Shown piece by piece: positions 38,720-53,036 of a stretch of DNA of 64,000 nt. A model generated the notes under the pieces. It was not told where the DNA came from. It did not search any database and worked only from the letters and a program-made list of their open reading frames with translations. Positions within the stretch are counted from its first letter, which is position 1. Every line of letters begins with the position of its first letter. This stretch comes from Chiloscyllium plagiosum (lineage: Eukaryota), in assembly GCF_004010195.1 (NCBI RefSeq), contig NC_057719.1:90378515-90442514 (forward strand), given 5' to 3'. A program made the translations under genes and the position numbers.

Positions 38720-41410
38720 AAAAGCAAAGAACAACGGATACTAGAAATCAAACCATAACAGAATGCTAGACAAATTCAGCAGGTCTGGCAGCAATTAAAG
38801 AGGATGGTGAGGAGGGAGGAAGTAAAAAGGCAAATGTTACACCTTATAAGATTATCTGGAAGGTGCCGTGAAGGTATGGAAAGGTGCTGGTCTGGATCAG
38901 CAGATCACGGTATCCCAGAAGGAACAATCCCTGTGGAACACAGACAAGTGAGACAAAGCTGCTCCATTAGCAAGGTTAGGTTGTTCTTGGTTTTTTTTTC
39001 CTCCAGACAGATTGTAAATGACACAAGGTCCTGACCAGTCTTGAGTTTGGATGGATTTTAGGGCCACTTTGTTTACAGCCAACAGGCAGGGGGCTTTCAG
39101 GTTTTGAAAAATCCTTGTATCATAAAAGGGGAGTGGCCAGTTCTAGCAGCTTTTTTTAAGGGTTTGGTTTAATGCAGCAGTGAGTGTGGATGTGTGAGAG
39201 AAGAAAAGGCTGCTGGAGTCGCTCTCTCTCTCTCTCTCTCTCACTTCAAGCCTGTAAGATCTTGTTTGATTTGACCTTTTGTGCCAAAGGGTGTTTATGG
39301 GGATTCTTATAAGTAATTTGGAACTGCATCATTAAGTTGGGACAGTCTGTTGGGTTTTCAGATAAGTTATTTGGTATATTCTCTTTTATATTCTGTGTGT
39401 TTCATTCAGTAATCATGTCAATAAATTCCATTTTGTTTAAAACTAAGTGGTTTGACCAGCTGATTTTCTCCTGAAACATGCACTGCGCACTTGCTTAAAA
39501 CAAATGCAAAGTTAGGGTCTGGGTTATCTTCTTGAAATGTTTTGAGGAGTCTGGCCTGGTCCATAACACAAGGGAGGGGAGCAGAATATGCATCTGAATG
39601 TGGAATCCCACTGGAGGTGGTGAAAAATGGGGGTTTATGATCCTTCAGATGCAGCAGTCGGTGGGGTGGAAAGTATCGAGTGGGGGACCCTATCAGTGTT
39701 GTGGGAGGGAGGCAATGAGGGCAGAAATGGGGGCAATGGGTCAGACCCGGCTGAGGGTCCTCAACTACAGTAGCAGGGAACACTCGGTAGTGGAAAAAAA
39801 GCCGGACATTTCTGGGGTTCCCTATAGAGAAGGAGCAACTGGGAGAATGGGATGGACTCCTTGCAGGAAGAAGGGTGTGAGGGCTGTCTAGCTACAGTAG
39901 CTGTGGGAGTCGGTGGGTTTGCAATGGATATCAGTGGCCAGCCAATCTCCAGAAATGGAAACTGAAATGTCATGTATGGGAAGGGAGGAGTTAAAGATGG
40001 ATCAGGTGAGGACAGAGTGGATATTGGAAGCAAAATTGATTTTAAACATTTTCCTATTCCAGGCAAGAGAGGGAAACAGAATCAATGCACCAGAAAAAGA
40101 ATCATGTGCATGCATATGCATAGCCCAAGTAATATTGGAACAGGGAATGATCCACTAGCCCACAAAGAAACAGACATAATTGGGGCCCTGCACATACCCA
40201 TGTCCACATCGTTGATCTAAAAAAAGTGAGAGACTTTAAAGGAGAAGTGTTCAAGGTGAAGAGAAGCTCACCTAGCAGAGGAGGGTGGTGTTGGATGGAG
40301 ATGTTTCAGACCTTCTCTCGAGGAAGCAGCACCGAGACCTGAGACCATCCTGATAAGAGATAGGCACGTAAAGGGATTGAACATCCATTGTGCAGTGTGG
40401 CAGGTATCTGTAAACTAAAAGTTCTGAAACTGATGTAAAGCATCAGACAAATTACAGATGTAAGTGGCAAGGGACTGGACAAAAGTATAGAAAATCATAT
40501 CAGGAAAGGAGGAAATAAGTTCTGTGGGGCAGGAATAATGGGTCTGCACTTCAAGATCATCCTCGCCCATTTCAGATATCTCCCACAGAACACTACCACC
40601 AAACACATCTTCCCCTTACTCCCCAATCTGCATTTCTCAGGGACCATTTCCTCCAGTACATACTAGTCCATTCATAGATGATCACCAACACCACCCCTCC
40701 TTCCAATGCAACCACAGAAAATTCAATACCTTCTCCTTTTCCTGACTCACCATCCAACAGCCTAAACAGTTTTTCCAGGTTAAACAGCATTTCACCGTAC
40801 CACCTCCAATCTGGTCTATGCGTTCATTGCATCCAATGTAGCCCACCCTATATTGGAGAAAGCAAATGTAGACTGGATGACCACTTTGCAGAACACCTCT
40901 GGTCTGTGTGCAAGTGTGACCCTGACCTTCCTGTAGTCAGTCATTTCAAACAGCATCCTGCTTACATACCCACTTGTCTGTCCCCAGCTTGCTTCAATAT
41001 TCCAGTGAATGACAGCACAAACTGGAGGAACAACATCTCATCTTCAGATGAGGCACTGTACAACTCTCTGCACTTAATATCGAGTTCAGCACCTTCAGAT
41101 TTCCTCCCTTTTTTGACTATGTCACCATGTCATCTCTCCCCCTGGTCCCACTGGTGGGGGCAATCTGTTCTTTCTAGCTTGGCAGTTGGACAGACCATTG
41201 TTCTGCCATTCTCACATTCCAATCGTTTAATCTGCATTATCAGCACCCTTTCTCCCCCAGCACGCCACCTCCAAATTATTGCATGAAATCTACCCCATCC
41301 ACACTTCACATTAGCTCTGATGAAGAGTCATCTAGACTCAAAACGTTAGCTTGCTCTGTCCGTGAATGCTGCCGAACTCACTGTGATTTTTCAGCATTTT
41401 TTGTTTTCAA
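38720..41410. mobile_element. Older Penelope-like element in two opposed segments (- to about 40530 with RT remnants; + 40550-41410 with GIY-YIG and terminus)
   Basis: SHPSSCKESIPFSQLL (RT thumb); HCIQCSPPYIGESKCRLDDHFAEHL; hammerhead variant at 41313-41351. Confidence 0.85.
38949..39568 (+). mobile_element. Solo LTR (Gypsy-related) inserted in PLE
   Basis: TG...CA; TSD CAAG (38945-48, 39569-72); AATAAA at 39420; internal (CT)n. Confidence 0.9.
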
Positions 41411-41788
41411 TATAGTCATGTTAGTTTGTGGGAACCTGAAGGAAGTAAAAGATTCAACCTTAGGTTTCCATTCTATCATTATCCATACTGATTGGAAAAA
41501 CGCAGGAATGACCATGTCACAATGAAGCTCAAATAAGCATGGTGACTTTCATGGTCTCATTTTACGTAAACAATGGACTCCCAGGTGAGATACTAAATAG
41601 CACTTAGGACTAGTCATCATCACAGCATGGCATAATACTTGGAAGTGAGTATGGAGAGGAGGAGTGCAGAATAGTTCCATACAACAATGCACTTGATCGC
41701 TCTCAAATCAGATTAATCTTTGTGATATGATGGCATCATGGGCTGGAGGTAAAAGAGAAAGTTTATTCTTGCTTGAATAACAGCAACA

Positions 41789-42763
41789 ATAGACAAGCAG
41801 GAGGCTGACAGAACACAGCAAGCCAGGCAGCATCAGGAGATGGAGAATTCAATATTTCGGGTATAACCCTTCTTCAGGAATTGAGTTGGGATAGGGAGAA
41901 CTGCAGATTTGGTGGTTGGGGGGAGAATGGTGCGGTAGTGATAGGTGAACACAAATGGTGGGTATGACCTGATCAGTCGAAGGGAAAGATGGATCTGGTT
42001 GGAAGCTGGAGGGAAGAGTCAGCTGGTGGAATAGAAGGGAGGAGGTGGGGCTGAAAAGGGAGTCAAGGGATGGATAGGAAACTTACTTGAAATTGGAGAA
42101 CTCAATATTGAGTGTTTCGGGATGTAGGCTGCTCAGGTGGAAGATAAGGTGTTGTTCTTCAATTTGCGGTCTGATTCACTGTGGGAATGGAGGAGGCTGA
42201 GGATGGGCATATTGGAGGAGGCGTGAGAAGGAGAATTGAAATGGGTGGTGACTGGGAGGTCAGGCTTGAATGAACAACATCTTATCTTCGAGGAGAAGGT
42301 GAGGACTGCAGATGCTGGAGATCAGAGTCGAAGAGTGTAGTGCTGGAAAAGCATAGCCACTCAGGCAGCATCCAAGGAGCAGGAGAATCAATGTTTTGGG
42401 CAAAAGCCCTTACCTTCTGCCTGGACAGCCTGCAGTCCGGAGGACTCGACATTAAGTTCAAATAACCTACCTTGCTATCCCCCATCTCCCTTTCCAGTCC
42501 TGCCTATTCCCTTCTATTCCACCACCAACCAGATCCATCTCTCCCGTCAACCAACCAGGTTGTATCCACCCCCTGTGTTCATCTTCACTACCTCATCACT
42601 CTACCCCTCTCTTTATGTGCAGTTCCCCTTAACCCCATCTCCATTCCTGAAGGAGGGTTATACCCAGGACGTCAACTTCTCCATGTATGCTACCTGGCTA
42701 GGAGTTTTTCCATCCTTCTGCTGATCTACTTTGGGTTCAAACATCTGCAGTTCTTTTTGTCTC
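41789..42763. mobile_element. Penelope-like element (second subfamily) with inverted arms and a first-subfamily terminus at the junction
   Basis: Near-TSD TGAATAA(C/T)AGCAACA at 41774-88 and 42764-78; hammerhead-like motifs at about 41850-41880 (-) and 42643-42675 (+). Confidence 0.85.
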
Positions 42764-43202
42764 TGAATAATAGCAACAGTCCATATTTCCCCAATAATTC
42801 TTCTGTTTGTAGCAGCATCTTGGCCTCAGTACAATCTAAGGCTGGGATCTAAATAAGTGCCTATTTGCTGGTTAAAAACAGAGAATGGGACAAGGAACAT
42901 ATTGTTGCTCTTATTCAAGTACTGGCCTGCAATATCCATACCAGCATTTTAATTCATCATCACATGTGCTGAGTGCATTCAAACTGAAATTGGAACCAGT
43001 TCAGTTTTAACTTCAGAAAGCAATTCAGCTCATCTTGAAACTCCATCTGTATCATGACTGCAAGATGTCAATGGAATAATTACTACACTCCAACACAGAA
43101 TTCTCTTTGTCTGGAGTAGTACGTATCTAAATTATGCCTTGAATTTCTAGTCTTGAGTTCAAGTTTTGACTAACCATTTGATTTTTACACATCAAATGTA
43201 TT

Positions 43203-44790
43203 TGTGGCTAGCACAGCGCCACGGACCCAGGTTCGATTCCAACTTATGCGACTGTCTGTGTGGAATTTGCACATTCTCCTCTAGACTGCAGGATTTCCTC
43301 CGGGTGCTCTGGTTTCCTTCCATACTTCAAAAATGTACAGATTCGGTGGACTGGCCATGCTAAATTGCCCATTGTGTCTGTAGTGTAGGCTAGGTAGATT
43401 AGCCATATGAAAAGCAAGAATAGAAGGGTGGGTCTCGGTGGAATGCTCTTCAGAGGGGTCAGAGTCATTCTGCAAAGAAACAGACCATTCAGTCCAACGA
43501 GTCCATGTCGACCATAATCCCAAACTAAATTAGTTCCATCTGCTTGTGCTTGGCCCAGATCCCTCCTTTCTTATCCAAATGTCTTTTAAATGTTGGAACT
43601 GTACCTGCATCCACCATTCACCTCTGCAAGTTCATTCCACACACAAACCACACTGTAAAAAAACAAAAATTTTCCCTCGCGTCTTGTTTAAATATTTATC
43701 CCTTCACCTTAAAATTATGCCCCCTAGTCTTGAAAATCCCCCAGGAAAAGACACCTAGCATTCACTTTCTGTACACCTCATGGTTTTATAAACCTCTACC
43801 ACCTCAACCTCCTATTCTCCAGGGAAAGAAATCCCAGCCTCCTCTTATAACCACTAACCCTCAATTCCTGGCAACATCCGAGTAAATTTCTTCTGAGCCC
43901 TCTCCTCTTCCTATGACAGGGTGGCCAGAACTGGACACAGTACTCCACAAGAGGCCTCACCAATGTCTTGTACAACCTTAACATAACATCCCAATGCAAT
44001 CCCAATCAAAGGGCTGTGCAATAAAGGCAAGCGTGCTAAACACCTTTTTAACCTCCATTTCTATATGTTAAGCAAATTTCAAAAGAATTATGTATTTCTA
44101 CCCAGCGTTGTTTCTGTTCTACACTACCTAGGGCACTGCTTTGAATTGTATAAGTCTTCCCCTTGTTTGCTTTACCAAAATACAATAATTTCACATTTAT
44201 CCAGATTAAGCTCAATCTGCCACTCTACAGCCCATTGACCCAATTGATCAAGATCTCTTTCTAATCCTAGAGAACCTTCTTCACTGCCAGTACACCATTC
44301 ATTTTTGTGTCATCCACAAACTTACTAACTATGCCTTCTATATTCTCATCTAAATCATTAATATGAATAAGAAACAAAAGTGGACGCAGCACCAGTCCCT
44401 GTGGAACATCTCTGGTCACAGGCTTCCAGTCTGAAAGACAACCCTCCACCACCATGTCCTGTTCCTGCCATTAAGCCAATTTTGTATCCAATTGGCACGC
44501 TCACCCTGAATCAAATGATGTAATTTTAATAATTAGTCTACCATGCAGAACATTGTCAAAGGTTTTACAAAACCCCAAATAAACAACATCTACTGCTTTT
44601 CCTCAATCTTCTTGGTTACTTCCTCAAAAAATACAATCAAGTTTGTGAGGCATGATTTCCCTTGCAAAACCATGCTGACTACCCCCAAGCATTCCTTGCC
44701 TCTCCAAACACATATAATCCTACCTTACAGAATCACTAACAACAGTCGGTGTGGACTCAATGTGTTGAATGGTCTGTTGGGACTCTATGA
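43203..44790. mobile_element. HE1-type SINE (+) split by a CR1 fragment (-, about 43460-44740)
   Basis: SINE stops at cttcagaggggtc and resumes gtcggtgtggact at about 44744; CR1 ORFs VPQGLVLRPLLFLIHINDLD..FVDDTK and LYKTLVRP. Confidence 0.88.
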
Positions 44791-47162
44791 TTGGTTGAAA
44801 TGGTTCTACATAGCTACACTTCTGCAGAATTGCGTCAATTCATTTGCGTGAGACAGATTTGCATGTCTATGAACAGGACTGCACTTGATGAATTCAACAC
44901 ATGGTTAAAATATTAAGTCTAACACTGTAGTTCAAGATACTACAAGTCTTAACTCCATAAGCCATTGACACATTCCAGGTATGAGATCAGAAGTATAATT
45001 CCATAACTCAAAGCTCTTTTTAACAGAGGGCTGAGTTTTGCTTTTTGAGTTTTAAAGCAGCTCCAGAATTCATAGCTTTTGTAATTTAGATGAAAATAGC
45101 CTGCTCTTTCTGGTGGGTAGTTCATTAACATAATGTTGGTTTAACATTTCCTGCAAACGTTGTTCAGTATGGGGAATGGTGACATCAGGATCATGTAACT
45201 GATCTAGAACGTTAGAGGCATGGACAAATACTCCAGAGAACAGGAAATCACACTGGTACAGTTAGCCAGACAGCTAGTCTACAGTTTCTAACATTCCCAA
45301 CTGCATAGATTTAACTTCTATTCAAGCTAAGGTAGACTTGGCACCTGTCTCCTGGCTCTGCCCCTGACAGTAGAAGCCAATGACAAACTACCACTGACAA
45401 AAAAAAAAGCATCAGCACAGTCAAAGAGCTGCCCTTGGGCAAAGTGCTCATCAAATGGACTACAAGGAGCTATAACAGATTAAGAACTTGCTTCAGTTGC
45501 AAACAAAAAAAAACTATAAATAAAATATGGCCATGAAGCTGTCCATTTGTCATAAAATCTCAACTGAATTCATGAATACAATGAAATTGAAACTTCCTGG
45601 GAAAAGTCAACTCCAGAACAATGCCAAAGGGCATCAATCTTAGGTGATTTCTGAAACAGTCAAGCAAACGTATGCAGCTTTCTCGAATTCTGATCTTAAT
45701 GAATTGGTTTTCTTGTCATGTGCTCACATGAGTAGAGTGAAAAGTTTACAAGTCACCATTTATGGCCCTACCTTAGATACAGGTTGTTCAATACAAATTC
45801 TGGAGGAAAAAGTTTTTAAAATTAGGAAAATTAAAAGTCCAGAAAAAAATTTAAAGATAGAGAAATAAGAGCTCAGAATAACAGTCCTTCTAACCCAAAC
45901 TGTGCTAGGCTTCACCTTGAGGCCCAGAGCTTGAGCCTATGCTGGATTTCACCCCAGACATCACCAATGCTGCCCAAGGATAGCAGGTAAAAGAGAAAGG
46001 AAAAGAAATACGAAAGGACAGAATAAAAGAAAAGAAATGGATGGAGCAGAACGAGCTCCAGTTCAGGAATCCTACTCAGTCACCATCTTGGGTTTGGTCT
46101 CTTGCACAATGCCAATTTCAATCAGTTCAGCTGCAATTCTCCAAAACATTAGCTAAAGATTTCCCTATGAACACCTGGCTCTTCTATTTCAAGATGCTCC
46201 AAAGTAACAAGTTTTTAACCAAGATTTTTGTTACCTTGTACGATTTTCCCCATTACCACATAGTATCAAAAATGTCTTTCAAGTTTTTTTAAAAATGGAT
46301 ATTGCTGTTAAATTCTTGTATATTAACCGCATTGTCTAAGTGTCAGTTGTTACACTCCTGTCTTACTGAAACGAGGATGCATATATTTCACTATCGCAGT
46401 TGTTTATAATTCCAATTATAGTTTTACCTAATTTAAGCAAGTTCTTTTCTCTTCATCCTTACAGGTAAGGCAATGGAAGGGGATTTGAGATGAGCATTAG
46501 GGCATCTTTAAATTGAGGCATTGAGAGACAGAGGCCAAGGAAGATGAGCAAGCAAAGAGGTGATGGATAAATGACATTTGTAACAAGAGACGGGCAACAG
46601 AGTTTTAGACAAGTTGACATTTATCTAAGAAGGAAGTGGGAAGCCAGAACAGCGCTGGAATAATCAACTCCAGACAAGTAGGTCAAAGTGACTGATGTAA
46701 TTATGCTCCAGTAGAAATTAGAGGGTGAATAAAAAAATATAGGCTACAAGAAGAAAAAGATCTTGGGATATTTATAAAGTGTGCAAAAAGACAGCACAGA
46801 TTGGCACAGTGGTTAAACAAAACATCTAGGGATGTTCCTATGTTTTATAAATAAAGACTGAAATGGAAAGGCAAGGAATCCATCAGAAACCTTTCTATAA
46901 GCTATGAGTTAAGTTTTTAACAAGACTATTTATGTCCAATTCTAGGCCACCACACTTTAGGAAGATGTGAAGGCTTCGAAAGAACAGACAAAAATTCACA
47001 GTTATGTTTCCAAAGATAAAGATCTACAGTTTTGTGGGAAGATTGCAGAAGCCGAGATTGTTTCCCCCTTAGAGAAGATCGAGATGAGATTTGATAGGTA
47101 TTCTCCAGAAAGATACAAAATAGAAGGAGCTGGCCAAGAGGAGATTTGATAGGGTATTCTCC

Positions 47163-47784
47163 TTTCGTCCCGGTTCCCCCGGCATAGTTTTACTCCTTCA
47201 TCTTTATTTCAGGCCTTGGAGGGCGAGAGAACAATTGCCCACACGCACAGTGACACGAGTCCTCGGTCTTCTCTGGAAGAACAATTTCTCAATGAACTAT
47301 ATAGTCATTTTACAGGGAGGAGCATCCAGATAAGGCAACATACATATTAATTGGGTGACCATTACAATCCACAAGTATCAACAGCAGAGACCAAGCCCTT
47401 TACTGTTACACAATGCATATTCTTAACCTTGTTAACTGTATTCATACAATGGATACTTTTCCCCTTGTTAGCTGACATTGCATAGTGAATGCTCCCAATA
47501 TTGTCAAATGGCTCTACATAATGAATGCTTTTCCACCTTGTTAACACATTACCCTTGCCTCATACAATGGATACTTTTCCCCTTGTTAGCTGACATTGCA
47601 TAGTGAATGCTTCCAATATTGTCAAATGGCTCTACATTATGAATGCTTTTCCACCTTGTTAACCCATTACCCTTGCCTCTAGCACCCCATTGTTAACTAC
47701 AAGTTATTATCTGATCTGAGTCGTGCTTAGCTGAACCTCATTTCACAACTTAACTCTTTCCCTGCCTGATTATAAATATTCTTA
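47163..47784 (-). mobile_element. Solo LTR, family A copy 2, with internal 118-bp tandem duplication
   Basis: TSD CTCC (47159-62, 47785-88); decayed TG/CA; units 47443-47560 and 47561-47678. Confidence 0.85.
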
Positions 47785-47799
47785 CTCCAAAAAAAATTA

Positions 47800-49130
47800 C
47801 AAATTATAAGAGCTGGCCATTTGGCCCACTATTCAACATGATTATGCCGATCCTCTACTTCAAAACAATACTGTCATCCTCTACTCACCCTTTGACATCC
47901 TTCGCTTTTAACAATCTAAGATGTAAAAGCAGAAGTAGTCCATTCGGCTTATCAAATCTGTGACACCATACAACGAGGTCATGGTTGTTTTAATGATCTT
48001 CAATGGCACTTTCCTGAGCCTTTTCCCCATAACCCTTATTCCTTTACGGATTTAAAATCTGTACCTCAATCTTGAATATACTTAGTGACCCAACTTCTTC
48101 AGCCTGCTGCAGGAAAGAATGCAGTAGATTAACAGCTCTCAGAAAAAAAATCTCACTTCCAACTTAAACTTATGATCCCTTATTCTGAGATTAGACTATC
48201 TGATCATAGACTCTCCCACAAGGGGAGACAACCTCTGTGTCTACCTTGTCAAGTCTGCTAAGAATCCTGTTTGTTTCAATAAGATCAGCTGTCTTTTCTT
48301 TAAACTCCACTGAGTTCAGGCCCAACTTATTTATCTTCTCCTTATAAGACACTCCATAAATCTTGCTTCATAAATCTTGGCTGATTGACTCCAAAAAGGT
48401 AAATATATTTTTCCTTGGATAAGAGGCCCAAAAATGTTCACCGTATTGCAAATGTGATCTGATAAGTAACTTGTACAGTTTCAGCAAGGCCTCCCTAACG
48501 TTTAGGAGTCATAGAGTCCTATAGCATGGAGACAGGACCTTTGGCCCAAAATATCTATCAACGCTAACCCCATTTCCCTGCACTTGGCCCATATCCTTCT
48601 AAACCTTTCCTATCTATGTATTTGTCCAAACGCCCTTTAAATGTTGTTAATACACCCGCCTCTGCCACTCCTGCTGGTTGATCATTCCATATGCATACCA
48701 CTGTGTAAAAAAAAAAGCCTTTCAGATTTCCATTTATTCATTCTCCTCCAACTTAAACTGATGCCCTATAGTTCTCGATTCCCCAACCCTGGGGAAAAAA
48801 AAACAGTGAGCGCATTCATCCTATCCATGCCTCTCATGATCTTAAACGCGTCTAATTGGCTAATAGCTGTTTTTCTCTCTCCTTTCCTTTCTTAAAAAAA
48901 GAGAGGATTTTACATTGGCAATTTTCCAATCCTCTGGAATCTAAGGATTATTGTATCCATTATCTCTGTAGCTACTTCTTTCAATATTCTAGGATGCATT
49001 ACATCAGGTCCAGGTGACTTATTGGGCATTCTAGCACTTATTCTCCAGCAGTAGTTATTCTGTCCATTTTCTTTCCCCCTTTTGGGATTATTTCGTAATT
49101 TCCACTATGAACACTGATGCAAAATATTGA
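47800..49130 (-). mobile_element. Stacked CR1 fragments
   Basis: Several 3' tails and ORF2 remnants. Confidence 0.7.
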
Positions 49131-49291
49131 TCAGGAATTTACTGCTGACAGGTTCTCAAAATACAGGATTCCTTTTTCCCGACAAATCGAAAGTGCTGCA
49201 CAATTTCTGATGGCTTCAATTTAGTTGCTTGTATGTTGCTTTGAGATATATCTTGAGCTCCTGACATTTGGATCTCTTACAACCAGGTTAC

Positions 49292-49508
49292 CTCAGAATT
49301 AAGCAAGTGTGTTGCAGTGACTTTGTCCTCAACTGTACAGGGATCACACATCAGGAGCTGTAACTTCTCCACTGGTACCAATATACCAGCAGCTAATCTG
49401 ACAATGTAGTTTCTGAAAGCACCTTCAACACTGATGGCAACAGAGTACGGAAATGTAGCAAAGACTGACAGTTCAGGAGTTCCTTTTTGAATTCCCATGT
49501 CACCAAGC
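49292..49508 (-). CDS. Weak exon candidate (217 nt) LGDMGIQKGTPELSVF...HLLNSE
   Basis: Open frame in non-repeat DNA ending at GAG|GTAACC; phase-compatible with 59683-59744; poor acceptor. Confidence 0.2.
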
Positions 49509-52500
49509 CTTATTTTTAAAGCAAATTCAACTATGCAAGTACAGACTGTTTCAATGTAAATGATATCAATTCCACAGCAGAGAGTGGAATATACTCAACT
49601 TATGTTTAAAGCAAAGCAACACAGTAAAGAAAGTTTTCTATCTAAGCACTGATGTTTTACCCACTTCAGTATAAAGAGGATATTGGATCTATAGTAGAGA
49701 CTAATTTTATGACCCATTTTACAACTCTAAAGATTCAACAACCAAGACATTTAAAGAAAACAAACATCACACCAACTGCCACATGACAAACTCTGAACTT
49801 ACAACATGAAGCCTTCAGTGAAGAGGTGAATCAAATGAACGCAAGACAATTTCGTTCTGTGACGCACTTCATGACAAACTGGAGAACAATTTAAACTGTG
49901 GAAGCATTCATGGAATCAGAACTGCTAAATTAACAGTTAGCAGGAAATGGTTTAAAATAAAGTGCATAGCAGGCTGATGATGTAATGGTTCTATATTTAC
50001 TACAACAGAAAGATCACATTTCAGGTTGTGAAATTACTAAGCAATTTTCATGATGACCAGCAGTGAATTTAACTGAAATAAACCACAATTGCAAAATATT
50101 CTGATGCACGCAACTTGGTGCCCCTGCAAAACAAGAATTCTCTAAGTCATGTGTTGGGTGTGAGGTTGGAGGTGGGGGAGGAGGAGAAAAGAAACAAAAT
50201 AAACATTCAACAAAGGCACCTGTGACATTTATAATCCTCTGCCATTTGTGTGTGCTGGGAGAAGGCTAGTCAGGGTTCAGCTGCAATATTTTGATTTCAG
50301 GAAAGGCTGAAAGAGTCTGTCCCAACGATAGCATACATATTACAAATCATGAATGCCACTCAATGTAGGATCAAACTACAGCCAATCATATACATTTTCA
50401 TAAACATTTAGTTAATTATAGACAGGCATAGATGTAGGCCAGTCAGCCCATTGAGCCATCATTCTATATCATGTGATCATCTACAATCCAGACCTTCATT
50501 ATTCCTGCACCCCTTGGTATCATCAGTCTCCAGAAATTTTCTTCCATGTTGAACCTGCAAAATGACTCTCCACAGCCTTCTGGGGTACAGAATTCTAAAG
50601 ATTCAATACACTCCGAGGCAGACTTCTACATCTCAGTCTTAAATGGCCTACTCCCTTTTCTGAGACTTGTTCCTCTGGCTCAATACTCACCAGTCAAAGT
50701 AAACATCCTATCCATATCCATTCTGTTACATCCTGGAAACATTTTTTGCAAATTGTAATCTGATTAACTCATTCCTCAAAACCCAAAAGAATACAGAATC
50801 AATCTGGTCTATCCCTCTTCTTCATTCAATATAGCTAACGCAGGGATTAGTCTCTGACATTATGTTGCCCTCCCTCTATGACACGTACATGCTAACTCAG
50901 ATAAGGAGACTAAAACCATCCAGGTGCAGAATCACCACGGCTCCATCCAAAGCCCCAAAGAATCATTCCACTCCTGCATTTCCTCTAACCTGATTTATTG
51001 CATCCGTTGCTCTTGCTGTGGTCTTCTCTACATCGGAGAGACCGAGCGCAAACTCGGGATCCTGTTCAGGTAACATCGATGGTCTGTACACTCCAACCAA
51101 GTCCACCTTCTGGTTGCCAGCCATTTGAACTCCCCCTCCCACTCCCCCAACATGTCCAGCCTGAGTCTCTTCCACTGTCAAAACAAGGCCACATGCAAAC
51201 TGGAGGAGGCACACCTCAGCTTCGTTATGGGAGCTGACAACCATACGACCTTAACATAGAATTCACCAGCTTACAAACCTCCCCACCCACCAACTCATCC
51301 AAGGTCCAGACCTCCCGCTCTGCCCTGCCTTAACCCTTGCTATCCATCTTCCTTCTCACCCATTGGATGCAGCAGTTTTTAATCAGATATGTCCAGTATG
51401 TAGATACGCCAACTAGAGGGGAGGCCATATTGGATTTGGTGCTTGGTAACGAACCAGGCCAGGAGTCAGATCTCTCAATGGGGACAGCATTTCAGTGATA
51501 GTGATCACAACTCCCTGACTTTTACTATATCCAGAGGGGGATTGGTGCAGACAGTATGGTATTTAATTGGGGGAAGGGGAATTACAATGCTATGAGGCAG
51601 GAACTGGGGTGCCTAAATTGGGAACAGATGTTCTCAGGAAAATGCACAACAGAAATGTGGAGGTTATTTGGGGAGGACTTGCTGATAGTGGGGACAAACC
51701 TATCCAGCACTGAGGCAAAGAAGGGATGGCTGGGTGAAGGAACCTTGGGTGACAAGGGAGGTGGAATGTCTAGTCAAGAGGAAGAAGGAAGCTTACTTAA
51801 GTTTGAGGAGAAAAGGATCAGACAGGGATCTAGAGGGTTACATGGTAGCCAGGAAGGAACTGAAAAATGGACTTAAAGAGCTCGAAGGGAAATGAAAAAG
51901 CGTTAGTGGATAGGATTAAGGAAAACCTGAAGGCATTCTACACTTTTGAGAGGAACAAGAGGATGGCCAGAGTGAGGGTAGGGCCAATTAGGGATAGTGG
52001 AGGCAACTTGTGCCTGCAGTCGGAGGATGTAGGAGAGGCCCTTAATGTATACTGTACTTTGCTTCAGTATTCACTGCTGAGATGGACATTGACATTTCTG
52101 AGGACAGCATGAACAGGCGGATATGCTCGAACAGGTTGATGTTCAGGACAAGTATGTGCTGGAAACTTTCATAAACGTAAGGCTAAATAAGTCCTCGGGC
52201 CAGATGGGATAGACCCAAGGTTACTACAGGAAGTGAGGGAAGAGATTGCTGCGCCTTTGGTGATGATCTTTACGTCCTCACTGTCCACTGGAGTAGTGCC
52301 AGATGATTGGTTGGATGGCATATGTTATTCCCTTTTTCAAGAAAGGGAATAGGGATAATCCTGGGAATTACAGATCAGTCAATCTTTACATCTGTGGTGG
52401 GCAAAGTTTTGGACAGGATTCTGAGAGACAGAATTTATAATTATTTAGAAAAGCATAGTTTGATTAGAAATAGTCAGCATGGCTTTGTGAAAACCAGGTC

Positions 52501-53036
52501 ATGCCTCATAAGGCATTCTTTGAGAATGTGACAAAACACGGTGATGAAGGTAGAGCAGTGGCTAGGGTGTACATGGATTTTAGCAAGGCCTTTGATAAGG
52601 TTCCCCATGGTAGGCTCATTTACAAAGTGAGGAGGATTGGGATACAGGGAAATTTGGCTGTCTAGATACAGAATTGTCGAGCCCAGTGAAGACAGAGGAT
52701 GGTAATCATTCAGCCTGGAGCTCGGTAGCCAGTGGTGTTCCACAGGGATCCTGTTCTGGGACCTCTGCTCTTGGTGATTTTGATAAATAATCTGGATGAG
52801 GAATGTGAAGGGTGGGTTAGTAAGTTTGCCGATGATACAAAGGTTAGTGGAGTTGTGGATAGTGTGGAGGGCTGTTGTAGGTTGTCATGGGACATTGACA
52901 GGATGCAGAACTGGGCTGTTAAGTGGCAGATAGAGTTCAACCCAGAAAAGCGTGAAGCAATTCATTTTGGAAGGTTGAATTTGATTACAAAATACAGGGT
53001 TAAAGGCAGAATCCTTGGTATTATGGAGGAACGAGG

